From positions 1 through 34,201 of the IMG/VR virus record IMGVR_UViG_3300047383_000085: a stretch of 34,201 nt of DNA; one strand, written 5' to 3'. This document shows, one piece after another, positions 14,134 to 23,069 of the stretch. The notes below the pieces were generated by a model that had not been told where the DNA came from, did no database searches, and saw only the letters and a list, made by a program, of their open reading frames with translations. Position 1 is the stretch's first letter. Every line of letters begins with the position of its first letter. Position numbers and translations under genes: made by a program. The stretch is from a virus.

Positions 14134-14435
14134 TGACCGAAGCAAAAGTCAATGATAGGACTACCTTTAATATTTCTATTAGTTATCTAATACAAATTAT
14201 TCTTGCTATTGCTGCTTTTGTTTATGGTTATGCTTCTATCAGTGAACACATAGAAAAAAATGACACAGAAATAAAAAATTTACGAGCTAACCAAAATACA
14301 TATATTTTTCCTGATATTAGATTGTTAGAACAAAAGGTAATAGTCTTGGAAAAAGAAGTGTTGGTTTTACAAAAAGAAATAGAATTTCATAAAAAAGAAA
14401 TTCAAGGCATCAAAAAAGGTATTGAAAATGATTAA
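14133..14435 (+). CDS. N-terminal TM anchor plus coiled-coil protein
   Basis: ISYLIQIILAIAAFVYGYASI is followed by heptad-like LEQKVIVLEKEVLVLQKEIEFHKKEIQGIKK. Confidence 0.55.
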   Translation: MTEAKVNDRTTFNISISYLIQIILAIAAFVYGYASISEHIEKNDTEIKNLRANQNTYIFPDIRLLEQKVIVLEKEVLVLQKEIEFHKKEIQGIKKGIEND

Positions 14436-14784
14436 ACAAATAGCAAAAGACTTTTTTATTAAATGGCAACAGGCTTGTTATGTTTGCTTTCCTATGATGG
14501 TACAGGGCAACTTATTTGCTCTTACATTTGACCATTGGATTAAAGCAAACAAAACAGGAATTATTGCAGGTTTTGGAGCAGTTTTACTTGGCTATACTGT
14601 TCTTAAAAAATACAAAGATAAGAAATGGTTTCATGGAGTAACAATTGCAACAGCTTGTTTTGTTGGTGATCTAATGATTCACCCATCTCACTTTGCTGGT
14701 GTATTTGGCGAAGCTGCATTAACAGCTATAGCATCTGGACTCCTTGCCACTTACTTTGTTTACAAGCCAATTAAATTAAAATGA
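14428..14784 (+). CDS. Multi-pass membrane protein
   Basis: At least three hydrophobic stretches (GIIAGFGAVLLGYTVL, GVTIATACFVGDLMI, ALTAIASGLLATYFVY). The ATG at 14428 is preferred over the TTG at 14422. Confidence 0.55.
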   Translation: MIKQIAKDFFIKWQQACYVCFPMMVQGNLFALTFDHWIKANKTGIIAGFGAVLLGYTVLKKYKDKKWFHGVTIATACFVGDLMIHPSHFAGVFGEAALTAIASGLLATYFVYKPIKLK

Positions 14785-15161
14785 TAGACAAACTTATAGA
14801 ACCCGTCACTCACATACTTGACAAGTTTGTTGCAGATAAAGATTTAAAAGCTAAGTTAGATCACGAAATAAAAACACAGTTTCATAAAATTGATCTTGCA
14901 CAAATAGAAGTTAATAAAGTAGAGGCATCTCATAGATCTATTTTTGTAGCTGGTTGGAGGCCTTGTTGCGGTTGGATATGTGCCATTGCACTTGGTTATC
15001 ACTTTGTTTTACAACCAATTATCTTATTTGTTTTATCGTTATATGACTTGCAATATCAACTACCTGAGTTTGACATGGGTGCATTACTTTATGTCTTAGG
15101 CGGTATGTTAGGTCTTGGTGGATTAAGAAGTTATGAAAAGTCAAAAGGTTTGACCAAATGA
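14781..15161 (+). CDS. Holin, GTA-type 3TM family-like
   Basis: LAQIEVNKVEASHRSIFVAGWRPCCGWICAIALGYHFVLQPI matches the conserved N-x-x-EA...F-x-x-GWRP-x-x-GW core of the '3TM holin for gene-transfer release' family. It lies directly upstream of the endolysin (ATGA overlap). Confidence 0.7.
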   Translation: MIDKLIEPVTHILDKFVADKDLKAKLDHEIKTQFHKIDLAQIEVNKVEASHRSIFVAGWRPCCGWICAIALGYHFVLQPIILFVLSLYDLQYQLPEFDMGALLYVLGGMLGLGGLRSYEKSKGLTK

Positions 15162-15532
15162 GTGATTGGAAGAATTTTAAGCTAGATGAGTTTAAATGTA
15201 AGCATTGTGGTGAAAATGAGATTGAATATGAGTTAATAGATAAGTTACAATCACTAAGAGAGGACTTAGGTTTTCCATTTATTATTTCTTCTGGTTACAG
15301 ATGCGAACATCACCCAGTAGAAAAAAAGAAAAGTAAGCCAGGCACTCACAATTTAGGTATTGCAGTCGATATTCGTTGCAGTCACAAAGAAGCATTACAA
15401 ATAGTATCCGCAGCAGAGGGTTACGGATTTACAGGAATTGGAGTTAATCAAAAAGGCAATGGAAGATTTATACACCTCGATATCGCAAAAGCTACGCATG
15501 ATCGTCCAAGGCCTCATATCTGGAGCTATTGA
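15158..15532 (+). CDS. Endolysin, peptidase M15 (zinc D-Ala-D-Ala carboxypeptidase-like) family
   Basis: FKLDEFKCKHCG...LREDLGFPFIISSGYRCEHHP...THNLGIAVDI...GRFIHLDI gives the H...D...H zinc-ligand layout of M15A peptidases. Confidence 0.8.
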   Translation: MSDWKNFKLDEFKCKHCGENEIEYELIDKLQSLREDLGFPFIISSGYRCEHHPVEKKKSKPGTHNLGIAVDIRCSHKEALQIVSAAEGYGFTGIGVNQKGNGRFIHLDIAKATHDRPRPHIWSY

Positions 15533-15538
15533 TTTCTA

Positions 15539-15778
15539 ATGGAACTTTCATTCTATGTAGTTTGGAATATGCTTGTAACTTTGGTGATAGCACCATTGTT
15601 CTACTCCATACGAAAAAATGAAAACGAAGCAAAAAGGATTGACATATTAGTGAATAAAACAAGAGAAGAAATAGCTAGAGACTATTTGACTAGAAATGCT
15701 CACAATGTTGAATATTCAAGATTAATGGACAAAATAGACAAACTTGATGCTAAAATAGATAAACTAATTACTGAATAA
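15539..15778 (+). CDS. N-terminal TM plus coiled-coil protein, i-spanin-like architecture
   Basis: FYVVWNMLVTLVIAPLFYSI followed by a charged helical region. It sits after the endolysin. I found no embedded lipobox ORF in the alternative frames. Confidence 0.5.
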   Translation: MELSFYVVWNMLVTLVIAPLFYSIRKNENEAKRIDILVNKTREEIARDYLTRNAHNVEYSRLMDKIDKLDAKIDKLITE

Positions 15779-15780
15779 TT

Positions 15781-16644
15781 ATGGCAATAGGAATACCAGG
15801 GCAATTACCAGGACAATCAATGGCAGGGCCAGTCGCAACTGGTCAAGCATATGCACAACAAATAGCTGGTGGTATGCCAATGGAACAAGTCATTGCACCA
15901 GGCGTTAGTTATTCTCCTGAACAAGCGGGTGGTTATACACAAAAAGATTTAGATATGATAGCAGCAGGCCCAGCTCCTGTTATGCCTGTAGCGCCTACAA
16001 CTGGTGAGGTTGCAACAATAGAAGATCAGATGCCTTATGCACCACCTGGTGTATCAGAGCCAACTAGATTTATGCCTTTTCTGCAAAATTTAGATTTTAG
16101 TGGTTTGCCAAGGTATGAAGATATTAGAGATATAAGAGGTGTTGAAGATATTACACCAACATTATTTGATATTGATGTAGAAGAAATGCTTAAAGATATA
16201 GACACAAAAAAATTTGAAGACATAGATTTAACGGGTATTGATATACCAGCAATACCACAAGTACCAGTTATGCCTACAGTTCCAGTAATACAACAACCAA
16301 TAACGCCATCAATACCACAAGTTCCTGTAATGCCTGAAGTTCCTGTCATGCCTACAGCACCAGTTTTTAAAGAACCAATGCCATTTGTTTCAGAAATACA
16401 AAACATGCCCATGAACTTTACTGGATTACCTCAAATGCCAGTAATGCCAAATATTCCAGTCATGCCTCAATTACCAATTGTGCCACAACCGATAGTGCCA
16501 CAACCAATTCAGCCAATGAACTTTACTAGATTATCTAACTTACCAGTTTCTAATTTTGTCCAGCCTAGCGTTGAAGAGATTGTATCTCCAATTAGTAGAG
16601 GCAGAACATTACCACAAACACCAAGAGGATTATTTGGTTTATAA
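15781..16644 (+). CDS. Pro/Val/Met-rich repeat protein (287 aa)
   Basis: Repeated IPQVPVMP(T/E)VPV, LPQMPVMPNIPVMPQLPIVPQPIVPQPIQP. The middle is acidic. Confidence 0.7.
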   Translation: MAIGIPGQLPGQSMAGPVATGQAYAQQIAGGMPMEQVIAPGVSYSPEQAGGYTQKDLDMIAAGPAPVMPVAPTTGEVATIEDQMPYAPPGVSEPTRFMPFLQNLDFSGLPRYEDIRDIRGVEDITPTLFDIDVEEMLKDIDTKKFEDIDLTGIDIPAIPQVPVMPTVPVIQQPITPSIPQVPVMPEVPVMPTAPVFKEPMPFVSEIQNMPMNFTGLPQMPVMPNIPVMPQLPIVPQPIVPQPIQPMNFTRLSNLPVSNFVQPSVEEIVSPISRGRTLPQTPRGLFGL

Positions 16645-16911
16645 ATGTCAGTCACACACGAAGAAGTAGTTAAAGCAGCAGAAGCCGAAAGAATTTTAAA
16701 TTCTGATGTCTTTAAAGAAGCAATCGAAAATCTTAAAAATGAATACATAACTCATTGGTTAAATTCTCGTGGCATCGATGATGTTGCGGTTAGAGAAGAC
16801 TTCCACAGATCCTTGTTACTTCTTCCTGAAGTAGAAAGACACTTACGTATCATGGCTGAGAAAGGTAAACTCACAAAAGCCAACATAAACAAAATTCGTA
16901 ACATAGCCTAA
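16645..16911 (+). CDS. Hypothetical 88-aa helical protein upstream of the scaffold gene
   Basis: TAAATG junction with the upstream gene. No motif recognised. Confidence 0.6.
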   Translation: MSVTHEEVVKAAEAERILNSDVFKEAIENLKNEYITHWLNSRGIDDVAVREDFHRSLLLLPEVERHLRIMAEKGKLTKANINKIRNIA

Positions 16912-16972
16912 AACTTTCCCTTTTATACATTATTGGTTTAAAATATCCCTAAATACAAAATAGGAGTATTTT

Positions 16973-17980
16973 ATGAGCAATAACGGAAAACCGACTGCTT
17001 TACAAACCGAAGGTCAAAAGGCAACCTCAGCGTTTGAAAGTTTCTTAGCCCCTGAAGAGGATACGCAAGAAGAAGCAGTCATAGAGGAAGCTGAAAGCAT
17101 TGAACCTGAGATCGATGAATTAGAAGAACAAGACGAGGAATATACCGAAGAGCTTGTCGATGAAGAAGAACTCGAATTTGATGATGAAGAAGATGGTGAA
17201 GAAGAAACGGAAGTTGAAGAGGTAGAAGAGCAACCCGTCTATAGAGTCACAGTTGATGGCGAAGAGATAGAGGTCACGCAGGACGAACTCCTTAATGGTT
17301 ATTCACGCCAACAAGATTATACGAGGAAGACACAGGAACTTGCCAATCAAAGAAAAACGATTGAGCAACAAGCCCAAGAACTTGCTCAAAGAGATGCGAT
17401 TTACGCACAGTTGTTACCGAAGATGGAAGCCCAATTACAGGGCGAATTGGTAAACGAACCAGATTGGGATAGTTTATACAATGATGATCCGATAGCATTT
17501 GTACGCGAAAAACAAATCTGGGATGAAAAGAAAGAAAAGCTAAAAGCTGCTGAGGCTGAACAGCAAAGACTTCAACAAGAAGCCTACGCAAAACAGCAAG
17601 AGCAAATTGCACAACAAGTGCAAGAAGGTCAGCAAAAAATTCTTGAAATCATACCAGAATGGAAAAATGCAGAGGTTGCTCAAAAAGAGAAACTAGCAAT
17701 TCGCGACTATGGTATTAATGTCTTGGGGTATTTGCCTCAAGAAATGGATGCAATTTATGACTATCGTGCTTTACTTGGTTTAAGAAACGCATGGTTAAAC
17801 TCCAAAACAGTTGAAGCCACGAAGAAGAAACCAACACAAAAAGCACCTGCAAGAGTAGCCCGACCTGGAACAACTACCAGAAAAAAATCGGTAGCACCAG
17901 CGAAAAGAGCAAAACAGGTTTTAGCAAAAACTGGAAAAGTCCAGGATGCTGCTAAAGTTTTTGAACAATTTTTAAAATAA
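16973..17980 (+). CDS. Scaffolding protein (putative)
   Basis: Extremely acidic N-terminal third, Gln/Glu/Lys-rich coiled-coil middle and basic C-terminus. It lies immediately upstream of the major capsid gene with a strong TAGGAGTAT RBS. Confidence 0.65.
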   Translation: MSNNGKPTALQTEGQKATSAFESFLAPEEDTQEEAVIEEAESIEPEIDELEEQDEEYTEELVDEEELEFDDEEDGEEETEVEEVEEQPVYRVTVDGEEIEVTQDELLNGYSRQQDYTRKTQELANQRKTIEQQAQELAQRDAIYAQLLPKMEAQLQGELVNEPDWDSLYNDDPIAFVREKQIWDEKKEKLKAAEAEQQRLQQEAYAKQQEQIAQQVQEGQQKILEIIPEWKNAEVAQKEKLAIRDYGINVLGYLPQEMDAIYDYRALLGLRNAWLNSKTVEATKKKPTQKAPARVARPGTTTRKKSVAPAKRAKQVLAKTGKVQDAAKVFEQFLK

Positions 17981-17997
17981 TTTTATAGGTAAATATA

Positions 17998-18933
17998 ATG
18001 GCTAAAGTAACAAACGCATTTGATACATACAGCGCGACTTCAGACAGAGAAGATTTAAGTAATATCATTTACAACATCTCTCCAATGCAAACTCCGTTTA
18101 TGTCATCAATTGGAAAAAGAAATATTAATAATGTTGTCTTTGATTGGCAAACAGAAGTATTAGCAACTCCAGTTGCTACTGGTGAACTAGAAGGTTTTGA
18201 ACTTTCAAGATCTGCTTCAGTTGCAACAACCAGAGTTAGCAATGTTGCTATGATTTCAAAAAGAGATGCAACTGTATCAGGCTCACAAGAGTCTTCAGAC
18301 CCTGCTGGTAAGAGATCAGAAATGGCTCACCAACTAGCTATCATGTCTAAAGCTCTCAAGAGAGATATGGAAGAAGCTCTTTGTCAAAATGGCGACAAAA
18401 CAACTGGTAACGCTACAACTGCTCGTGTAACTGGTGGTTTCGAGTCTTGGATTACATCCAACGATTCAAGAGGAACTGGCGGTGCATCAACAGGTGGCGG
18501 TGCTGCTCCAACTGATGGAACTCAAAGAGATCTAACAGAAGATCTTTTAAAAGATGTTTTACAACTTTGTTTTGAAAATGGTGGCGAACCATCAATGGCT
18601 ATTTGTGGCCCACATAACAAACAAGTAATCTCTGGTTTCACAGGTAGAACTCAAGCAAGACAATTTGTTGACTCTAATACTGTTGAAGCATCAGTATCTA
18701 TCTATTCATCTGACTTTGGTGAACTCAAAATCGTTCCATCAAACAGATCAAGAGAAAGATCTTTACTGTTGGTTGATCCTGAATTTGCAAAAGTATCTTA
18801 CTTGCGTGATTTCAAAACAGTTGACATTGCTACAATAGGCGATGCAATGACCAAAATGATCGTGGTTGAGTATGGATTAGAAGTATCCAACGAAGCTGCT
18901 CATGGTATCGTTGCTGACCTTAATGTAAGTTAA
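17998..18933 (+). CDS. Major capsid protein (HK97 fold, SU10/DUF5309-like)
   Basis: The N-terminus FDTYSATSDREDLSNIIYNISPMQTPFMSSIG is the family signature. 311 aa, followed by a strong terminator. Confidence 0.85.
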   Translation: MAKVTNAFDTYSATSDREDLSNIIYNISPMQTPFMSSIGKRNINNVVFDWQTEVLATPVATGELEGFELSRSASVATTRVSNVAMISKRDATVSGSQESSDPAGKRSEMAHQLAIMSKALKRDMEEALCQNGDKTTGNATTARVTGGFESWITSNDSRGTGGASTGGGAAPTDGTQRDLTEDLLKDVLQLCFENGGEPSMAICGPHNKQVISGFTGRTQARQFVDSNTVEASVSIYSSDFGELKIVPSNRSRERSLLLVDPEFAKVSYLRDFKTVDIATIGDAMTKMIVVEYGLEVSNEAAHGIVADLNVS

Positions 18934-18952
18934 GTTCTCGGTTAAGAACCTT

Positions 18953-18981
18953 AAAGGGATGTTTCGGCATCCCTTTTTTTT
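18953..18981 (+). terminator. Rho-independent terminator after the capsid gene
   Basis: AAGGGATG-tttcgg-CATCCCTT followed by a T8 run. Confidence 0.8.
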
Positions 18982-18997
18982 GTGGTAAAATTCTTGC

Positions 18998-19291
18998 ATG
19001 GCTAAAAGAACTGTTATAGATCACAAGACTGGTTTTACTAACGAATTTATTACTGAGGGTGGTAAAGATATATTTCATACCACACAAGATATAAGTCCAG
19101 TTATTGAGCATTGTAAAAACATTGCAGAAAATGTTAAGCCAGGTAAAGATATTCGCCATGTGGCAGAAGTACCATTAGTTATATATCAAAAAGCTTGTCG
19201 AGAAGGATGGGCCAATGATATGGGTGCATGGAGAAAATGGTTAAACAAATCAGACAATAAAGTCTTTAGGACATGGCAAGGTAAACTATGA
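18998..19291 (+). CDS. Hypothetical 97-aa protein
   Basis: First ORF after the capsid terminator. ATGA overlap with the next gene. Confidence 0.6.
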   Translation: MAKRTVIDHKTGFTNEFITEGGKDIFHTTQDISPVIEHCKNIAENVKPGKDIRHVAEVPLVIYQKACREGWANDMGAWRKWLNKSDNKVFRTWQGKL

Positions 19292-19938
19292 CATACGCAG
19301 AATTAAAATCTAATATCGCAAGTTACTTAAATCGTTCAGATTTAACAGATGTAATTGATACATTTATTGATAGCACAGAATCAGAATTTAACCGCAGATT
19401 AAGAGTTAAAGGCATGATTAAAAGAGCAACTGCAACTCTTACAGGTCAATATCTTGCAGTACCAACTGATTGGTTAGAAGCCATAAACTTACAAATTGAT
19501 AGTGGTGATTTCTCACCATTGTTTCAACAATCCATAGAATCTATGGATGTGTATAGAAAAGCCAATGACAATGTAACAGGGCAACCAATTTATTTTGCAT
19601 TAGTAGATGATTCAATTGAATTTGCACCTACCCCAGACGGAAGTTATACAGTACAATTAACCTACTACGGAAAGATAGATGCGTTAAGCGATTCTAATAC
19701 GAGTAACTTTTTATCCACAGGATATCCAGATGCTTACCTTTATGGATCATTAAAACACGCTTCTATCTATTTAATGGAAGATGAACGAGTGCCATTATTT
19801 ACAGCACAGTTCGAGAAAGCTCTAGAAGAAATGAGACTAGAGCAAGAAAAAGCTGAGTTCTCTAAAGGTTCTCTTATGCAAAGAAGAAGAACTTACGGAA
19901 AACGCAGTAAAGATATTTATTATTTTGGTAATAACTAG
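19288..19938 (+). CDS. Head-tail adaptor / neck protein (putative)
   Basis: The N-terminus MTYAELKSNIASYLNRSDLTDVIDTFIDSTESEFNRRLRV resembles proteins annotated as phage adaptor proteins. It lies downstream of the capsid gene. Confidence 0.5.
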   Translation: MTYAELKSNIASYLNRSDLTDVIDTFIDSTESEFNRRLRVKGMIKRATATLTGQYLAVPTDWLEAINLQIDSGDFSPLFQQSIESMDVYRKANDNVTGQPIYFALVDDSIEFAPTPDGSYTVQLTYYGKIDALSDSNTSNFLSTGYPDAYLYGSLKHASIYLMEDERVPLFTAQFEKALEEMRLEQEKAEFSKGSLMQRRRTYGKRSKDIYYFGNN

Positions 19939-19949
19939 GAGTATAAAAA

Positions 19950-20342
19950 ATGGCTGGATTTAGTGATTATTTAGAAGACAAGGTACTTGACCATGTATTT
20001 GGCGGTACTGCTTATACAGCACCAACAACACATTATGTTGCTTTGTATACAGTAGCACCTACTGATACTGGCGGTGGTACTGAAGTAACAGGTGGAGCTT
20101 ATGCAAGACAAACCTCTACTTTTAATGTCTCAGGCACATCCCCTACAACAGCGACAAACGCAGCAGCAGTTGAATACCCAACAGCTACAGCCGATTACGG
20201 AACTGTAGTTGCAGTAGGTATTTTAGATGCATTAACTAGCGGCAACTTACTTGCCTATGCAAACTTAGATACATCTAAGGTTGTAACAAGCGGTGATGTA
20301 TTCAGATTTGATGCTGGTGATTTAGACATCACATTAGCTTAA
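19950..20342 (+). CDS. Conserved small virion protein (130 aa, Thr/Ala/Gly-rich)
   Basis: LDHVFGGTAYTAPTTHYVALYT..PTDTGGGTEV.GGAYARQ pattern, common next to tail-fibre genes. Strong TAGGAGTAT RBS. Confidence 0.55.
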   Translation: MAGFSDYLEDKVLDHVFGGTAYTAPTTHYVALYTVAPTDTGGGTEVTGGAYARQTSTFNVSGTSPTTATNAAAVEYPTATADYGTVVAVGILDALTSGNLLAYANLDTSKVVTSGDVFRFDAGDLDITLA

Positions 20343-20346
20343 TACC

Positions 20347-20904
20347 ATGGCCTCAGTAGGCTATGGCTCATATAACTACGGAATTGCCGCTTATGGCACT
20401 CCGCAGTATCAGGAAGCATCCGCAACAATAGCACAGACATCAGGTGCGTCTGCGATAGGCAGACAGCTTGATCGTGGTGTTGCAACCATTGCACAGACAT
20501 CTGGTATGTCTGCGGTTGGTACTCAAGTAGATCGTGGCTCTGCAACCCTAGCACAAACCAGTAGCATGACTAGTGTGGGCCATAGAGTCCATCTTGGTTC
20601 AAGCACCATAGCACAAACCTCTGGCATGAGTGCTGTAGGCAAACAAATCGATAGAGGTTCGGCAACCATTGCACAAACCTCATCTATGAATGGTGCAGGT
20701 CGATACACCATAGCAGCACACGCAACTGGTGCAGAGACATCAGACTTTACAGCTATTGGTAGACAGATCGATAGGGGCAAGGTTGATGGCAGCTTGTTCC
20801 CTCAAGAAACAAGTGGATTTTCAGCAAGTGGTGGTCTAAAATGGGAAGTGATACAGAATCCTGACACGACCTGGACTCAATTAACAAAAGAACAAGCGGC
20901 ATAA
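20347..20904 (+). CDS. Tandem-repeat structural protein (six 20-aa repeats)
   Basis: (S/V)AT(I/L)AQTS(G/S)MSAVG-x-Q-x-DRG repeated six times. It lies in the tail-fibre region. Confidence 0.7.
   Translation: MASVGYGSYNYGIAAYGTPQYQEASATIAQTSGASAIGRQLDRGVATIAQTSGMSAVGTQVDRGSATLAQTSSMTSVGHRVHLGSSTIAQTSGMSAVGKQIDRGSATIAQTSSMNGAGRYTIAAHATGAETSDFTAIGRQIDRGKVDGSLFPQETSGFSASGGLKWEVIQNPDTTWTQLTKEQAA
20419..20778 (+). repeat. Six in-frame 60-nt tandem repeats
   Basis: The 60-nt period is visible directly: GCAACCATTGCACA(G/A)AC(A/C)TC recurs at fixed offsets in successive 60-nt lines from 20401 to 20760. The copies have diverged at the nucleotide level. Confidence 0.85.
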
Positions 20905-20908
20905 CAAT

Positions 20909-21544
20909 ATGGCAGATACATTTACAACGAATTTAAACTTAACAAAACCCGAAGTCGGTGCATCTACTGATACCTGGGGAGGAAAATTAAACACCGACCT
21001 TGACACTTTAGATGGTCTTTTTGCAGATGCAGGAAACGGAACAAGTGTGGGCCTAAATGTTGGCTCTGGTAAAACTTTAACAGTTGGTGGTACTTTAACC
21101 TCAACTGGATCAGCTAGTTTTACAACCATTGATGTTAATGGTGGTGCAATTGATGGTACACCAATTGGTGGATCTTCAGCATCAACTGGAGTCTTTACAG
21201 TCGCAACTGCATCAACTTCAGCAAAAATTACACAAGTTGCAATTACCTCAAGCTCTAATGCAGTAGCTTGGGATGCACAAGCAGCAGCCAACGCTTATTA
21301 TGCAACTACAGAAAATACAACTTTTTCAGCACCAAGTAATGCTGTGGAGGGTGCAATTATTTCTGTAGAAATAGCACAAGGTGGCACAGCTTACACAGTG
21401 GCTTGGAACACAGTCTTTGAATTTGCAGCTTCAACTGCACCCACCATTACAGCTACAGCTAACAAAACAGATATACTGTCCTTCAGATATAATGGTAGCG
21501 TGTGGCAGGAAATTGGTAGAGTTCAAAACCTAGCACAAACCTAA
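20909..21544 (+). CDS. Tail fibre / fibre-anchor protein
   Basis: The N-terminal [29 protein letters not shown] motif is typical of phage tail-fibre N-termini. The remainder is Thr/Ala/Gly-rich. Confidence 0.6.
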   Translation: MADTFTTNLNLTKPEVGASTDTWGGKLNTDLDTLDGLFADAGNGTSVGLNVGSGKTLTVGGTLTSTGSASFTTIDVNGGAIDGTPIGGSSASTGVFTVATASTSAKITQVAITSSSNAVAWDAQAAANAYYATTENTTFSAPSNAVEGAIISVEIAQGGTAYTVAWNTVFEFAASTAPTITATANKTDILSFRYNGSVWQEIGRVQNLAQT

Positions 21545-21611
21545 TGTTGGAAATAATATTATTCTTTTGGATTTTTCTAGGATTGATATTACCTAATCCT
21601 GAGGACAGTTA

Positions 21612-23069
21612 ATGGAAACGCTACAGCGTACAGCAAATAGAGGAAGCATATCGACTGGGTATGATATTGATAACTCTTTGAAGTTTGAGTCTGATAATAG
21701 TGAAAGGATGTCATTTACACCTTCTTCGGCTGTAGCATCAGAAAGAAGAAAACACACGATTAGTTTTTGGATAAAAAGAACTGAATTAGGAAGCACACAA
21801 TACATTTATGAATGGGGCGGTTCTGAAGGAGATTATCTTAGAAACTTTTTAAGATTTCAATCAGACGATACCTTAAGATATGCTACTTCTTATAATGTAA
21901 TTATAAATACAACTAGAGTTTTTAGAGACACTTCAGCTTGGTATCATATTGTAATACAAACAGATACAGTACAAAGTTCAGATAGTGATACAAAGTTTTG
22001 GATGTATGTGAATGGAGAACTTGAAGGGTCTTCTACAGCATTTAATGTAAATGACACAATGGCTTTTGCAAATAACTCTCAGCACGATATAGGTTTTACA
22101 AGTGTTGATAATGGTGCATATGGTAATTACTATTTAGCAGAGTTTAACGCTGTAGGTGGTTTAAAATTAGCACCTACAGAGTTTGGTGAATACGATGAAG
22201 ATAGTGGTATTTGGAAACCTAAAGCCTACACAGGCTCTTATGGTACTAACGGATTTTATTTAGACTTTAGCGATGCAGCTAACTTAGGTGATGATGCTAG
22301 TGGTAATGGCAATGACTTTACCCTAAACAACATCACATCAGCAGACCAAGCACTAGACAGCCCAACCAATAACTTTGCAATAATTAGTAATGCAATGAGA
22401 GATAATAACGAGCTTTCGTATTCTACAGTAAGCGATGGTGGGTCACGTTTTAGGACTACGGTTACTGAAAAATGGGTAACATCAGTGAGTAGCATAGGTG
22501 TTACTAAAGGTAAGTGGTACGCAGAATTTAATGTTATAGGTGCTAGACCTAATAACTGGTGGGGAATAGCTTCAATGGAGCAGTTAAACAATAACAGTGG
22601 TTATAGTTCTGCGGGTTCTCATTTAGGTGAAAATGGTAAAAATTGGAGCATAGGCTATTATCAAGCTAATGGTAGACTTGATGAGCAACAAAACTCAGGT
22701 TACACAACAACATCAGGTTGGGGTGGAAGTGTATCTCAGAATGCAATAGTTGGAGTTGCTTTAGATATGGATAATCACAATTTATACATAGCTGTAAATA
22801 ATACATATCAAAACTCAGGGGACCCTACAAGTGGAGCTACTGGTACTGGTGCAATATCATTTGATGATACTGAAACAGTTGCTATAGCAAATACTGGATA
22901 TTCATTAGGCAGTGGTAACGATACTATCACAGGTCATAATTATGGCGGTTATAGAACAGGTGGACTACCTGACAATGCAACAGATGAAAATGGCTATGGA
23001 GCATTTCGTTACGCACCCCCATCAGGCTACTACGCCTTATGCACTAAGAATTTAGCGGAGTACGGATAA
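21612..23069 (+). CDS. Tail fibre-like protein with LamG/ConA-like and SPRY-like domains
   Basis: The N-terminal HTISFWIKRTELGSTQYIYEWGG...WYHIV resembles a LamG jelly-roll. The C-terminal GKWYAEFNVIG...WWGIAS...NWSIGYYQANG...VGVALDMDNHNLYIAVNN resembles SPRY/B30.2. Confidence 0.6.
   Translation: METLQRTANRGSISTGYDIDNSLKFESDNSERMSFTPSSAVASERRKHTISFWIKRTELGSTQYIYEWGGSEGDYLRNFLRFQSDDTLRYATSYNVIINTTRVFRDTSAWYHIVIQTDTVQSSDSDTKFWMYVNGELEGSSTAFNVNDTMAFANNSQHDIGFTSVDNGAYGNYYLAEFNAVGGLKLAPTEFGEYDEDSGIWKPKAYTGSYGTNGFYLDFSDAANLGDDASGNGNDFTLNNITSADQALDSPTNNFAIISNAMRDNNELSYSTVSDGGSRFRTTVTEKWVTSVSSIGVTKGKWYAEFNVIGARPNNWWGIASMEQLNNNSGYSSAGSHLGENGKNWSIGYYQANGRLDEQQNSGYTTTSGWGGSVSQNAIVGVALDMDNHNLYIAVNNTYQNSGDPTSGATGTGAISFDDTETVAIANTGYSLGSGNDTITGHNYGGYRTGGLPDNATDENGYGAFRYAPPSGYYALCTKNLAEYG

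Noticed and set aside
15539-15778. Embedded Rz1-type o-spanin within the TM/coiled-coil gene
   Set aside because: Hand translation of the alternative frames gives only ORFs of about 10 codons without a lipobox Cys.
16035-16412. 125-aa minus-strand ORF opposite the Pro-rich protein
   Set aside because: CCN proline codons read as GGN glycine on the opposite strand, which is a low-complexity shadow.
20881-21291. 136-aa minus-strand ORF opposite the fibre-anchor gene, and the similar 20523..20780 and 20339..20554 ORFs opposite the repeat protein
   Set aside because: Thr/Ala/Gly-rich forward coding creates stop-poor antisense frames. These ORFs have no independent start context.
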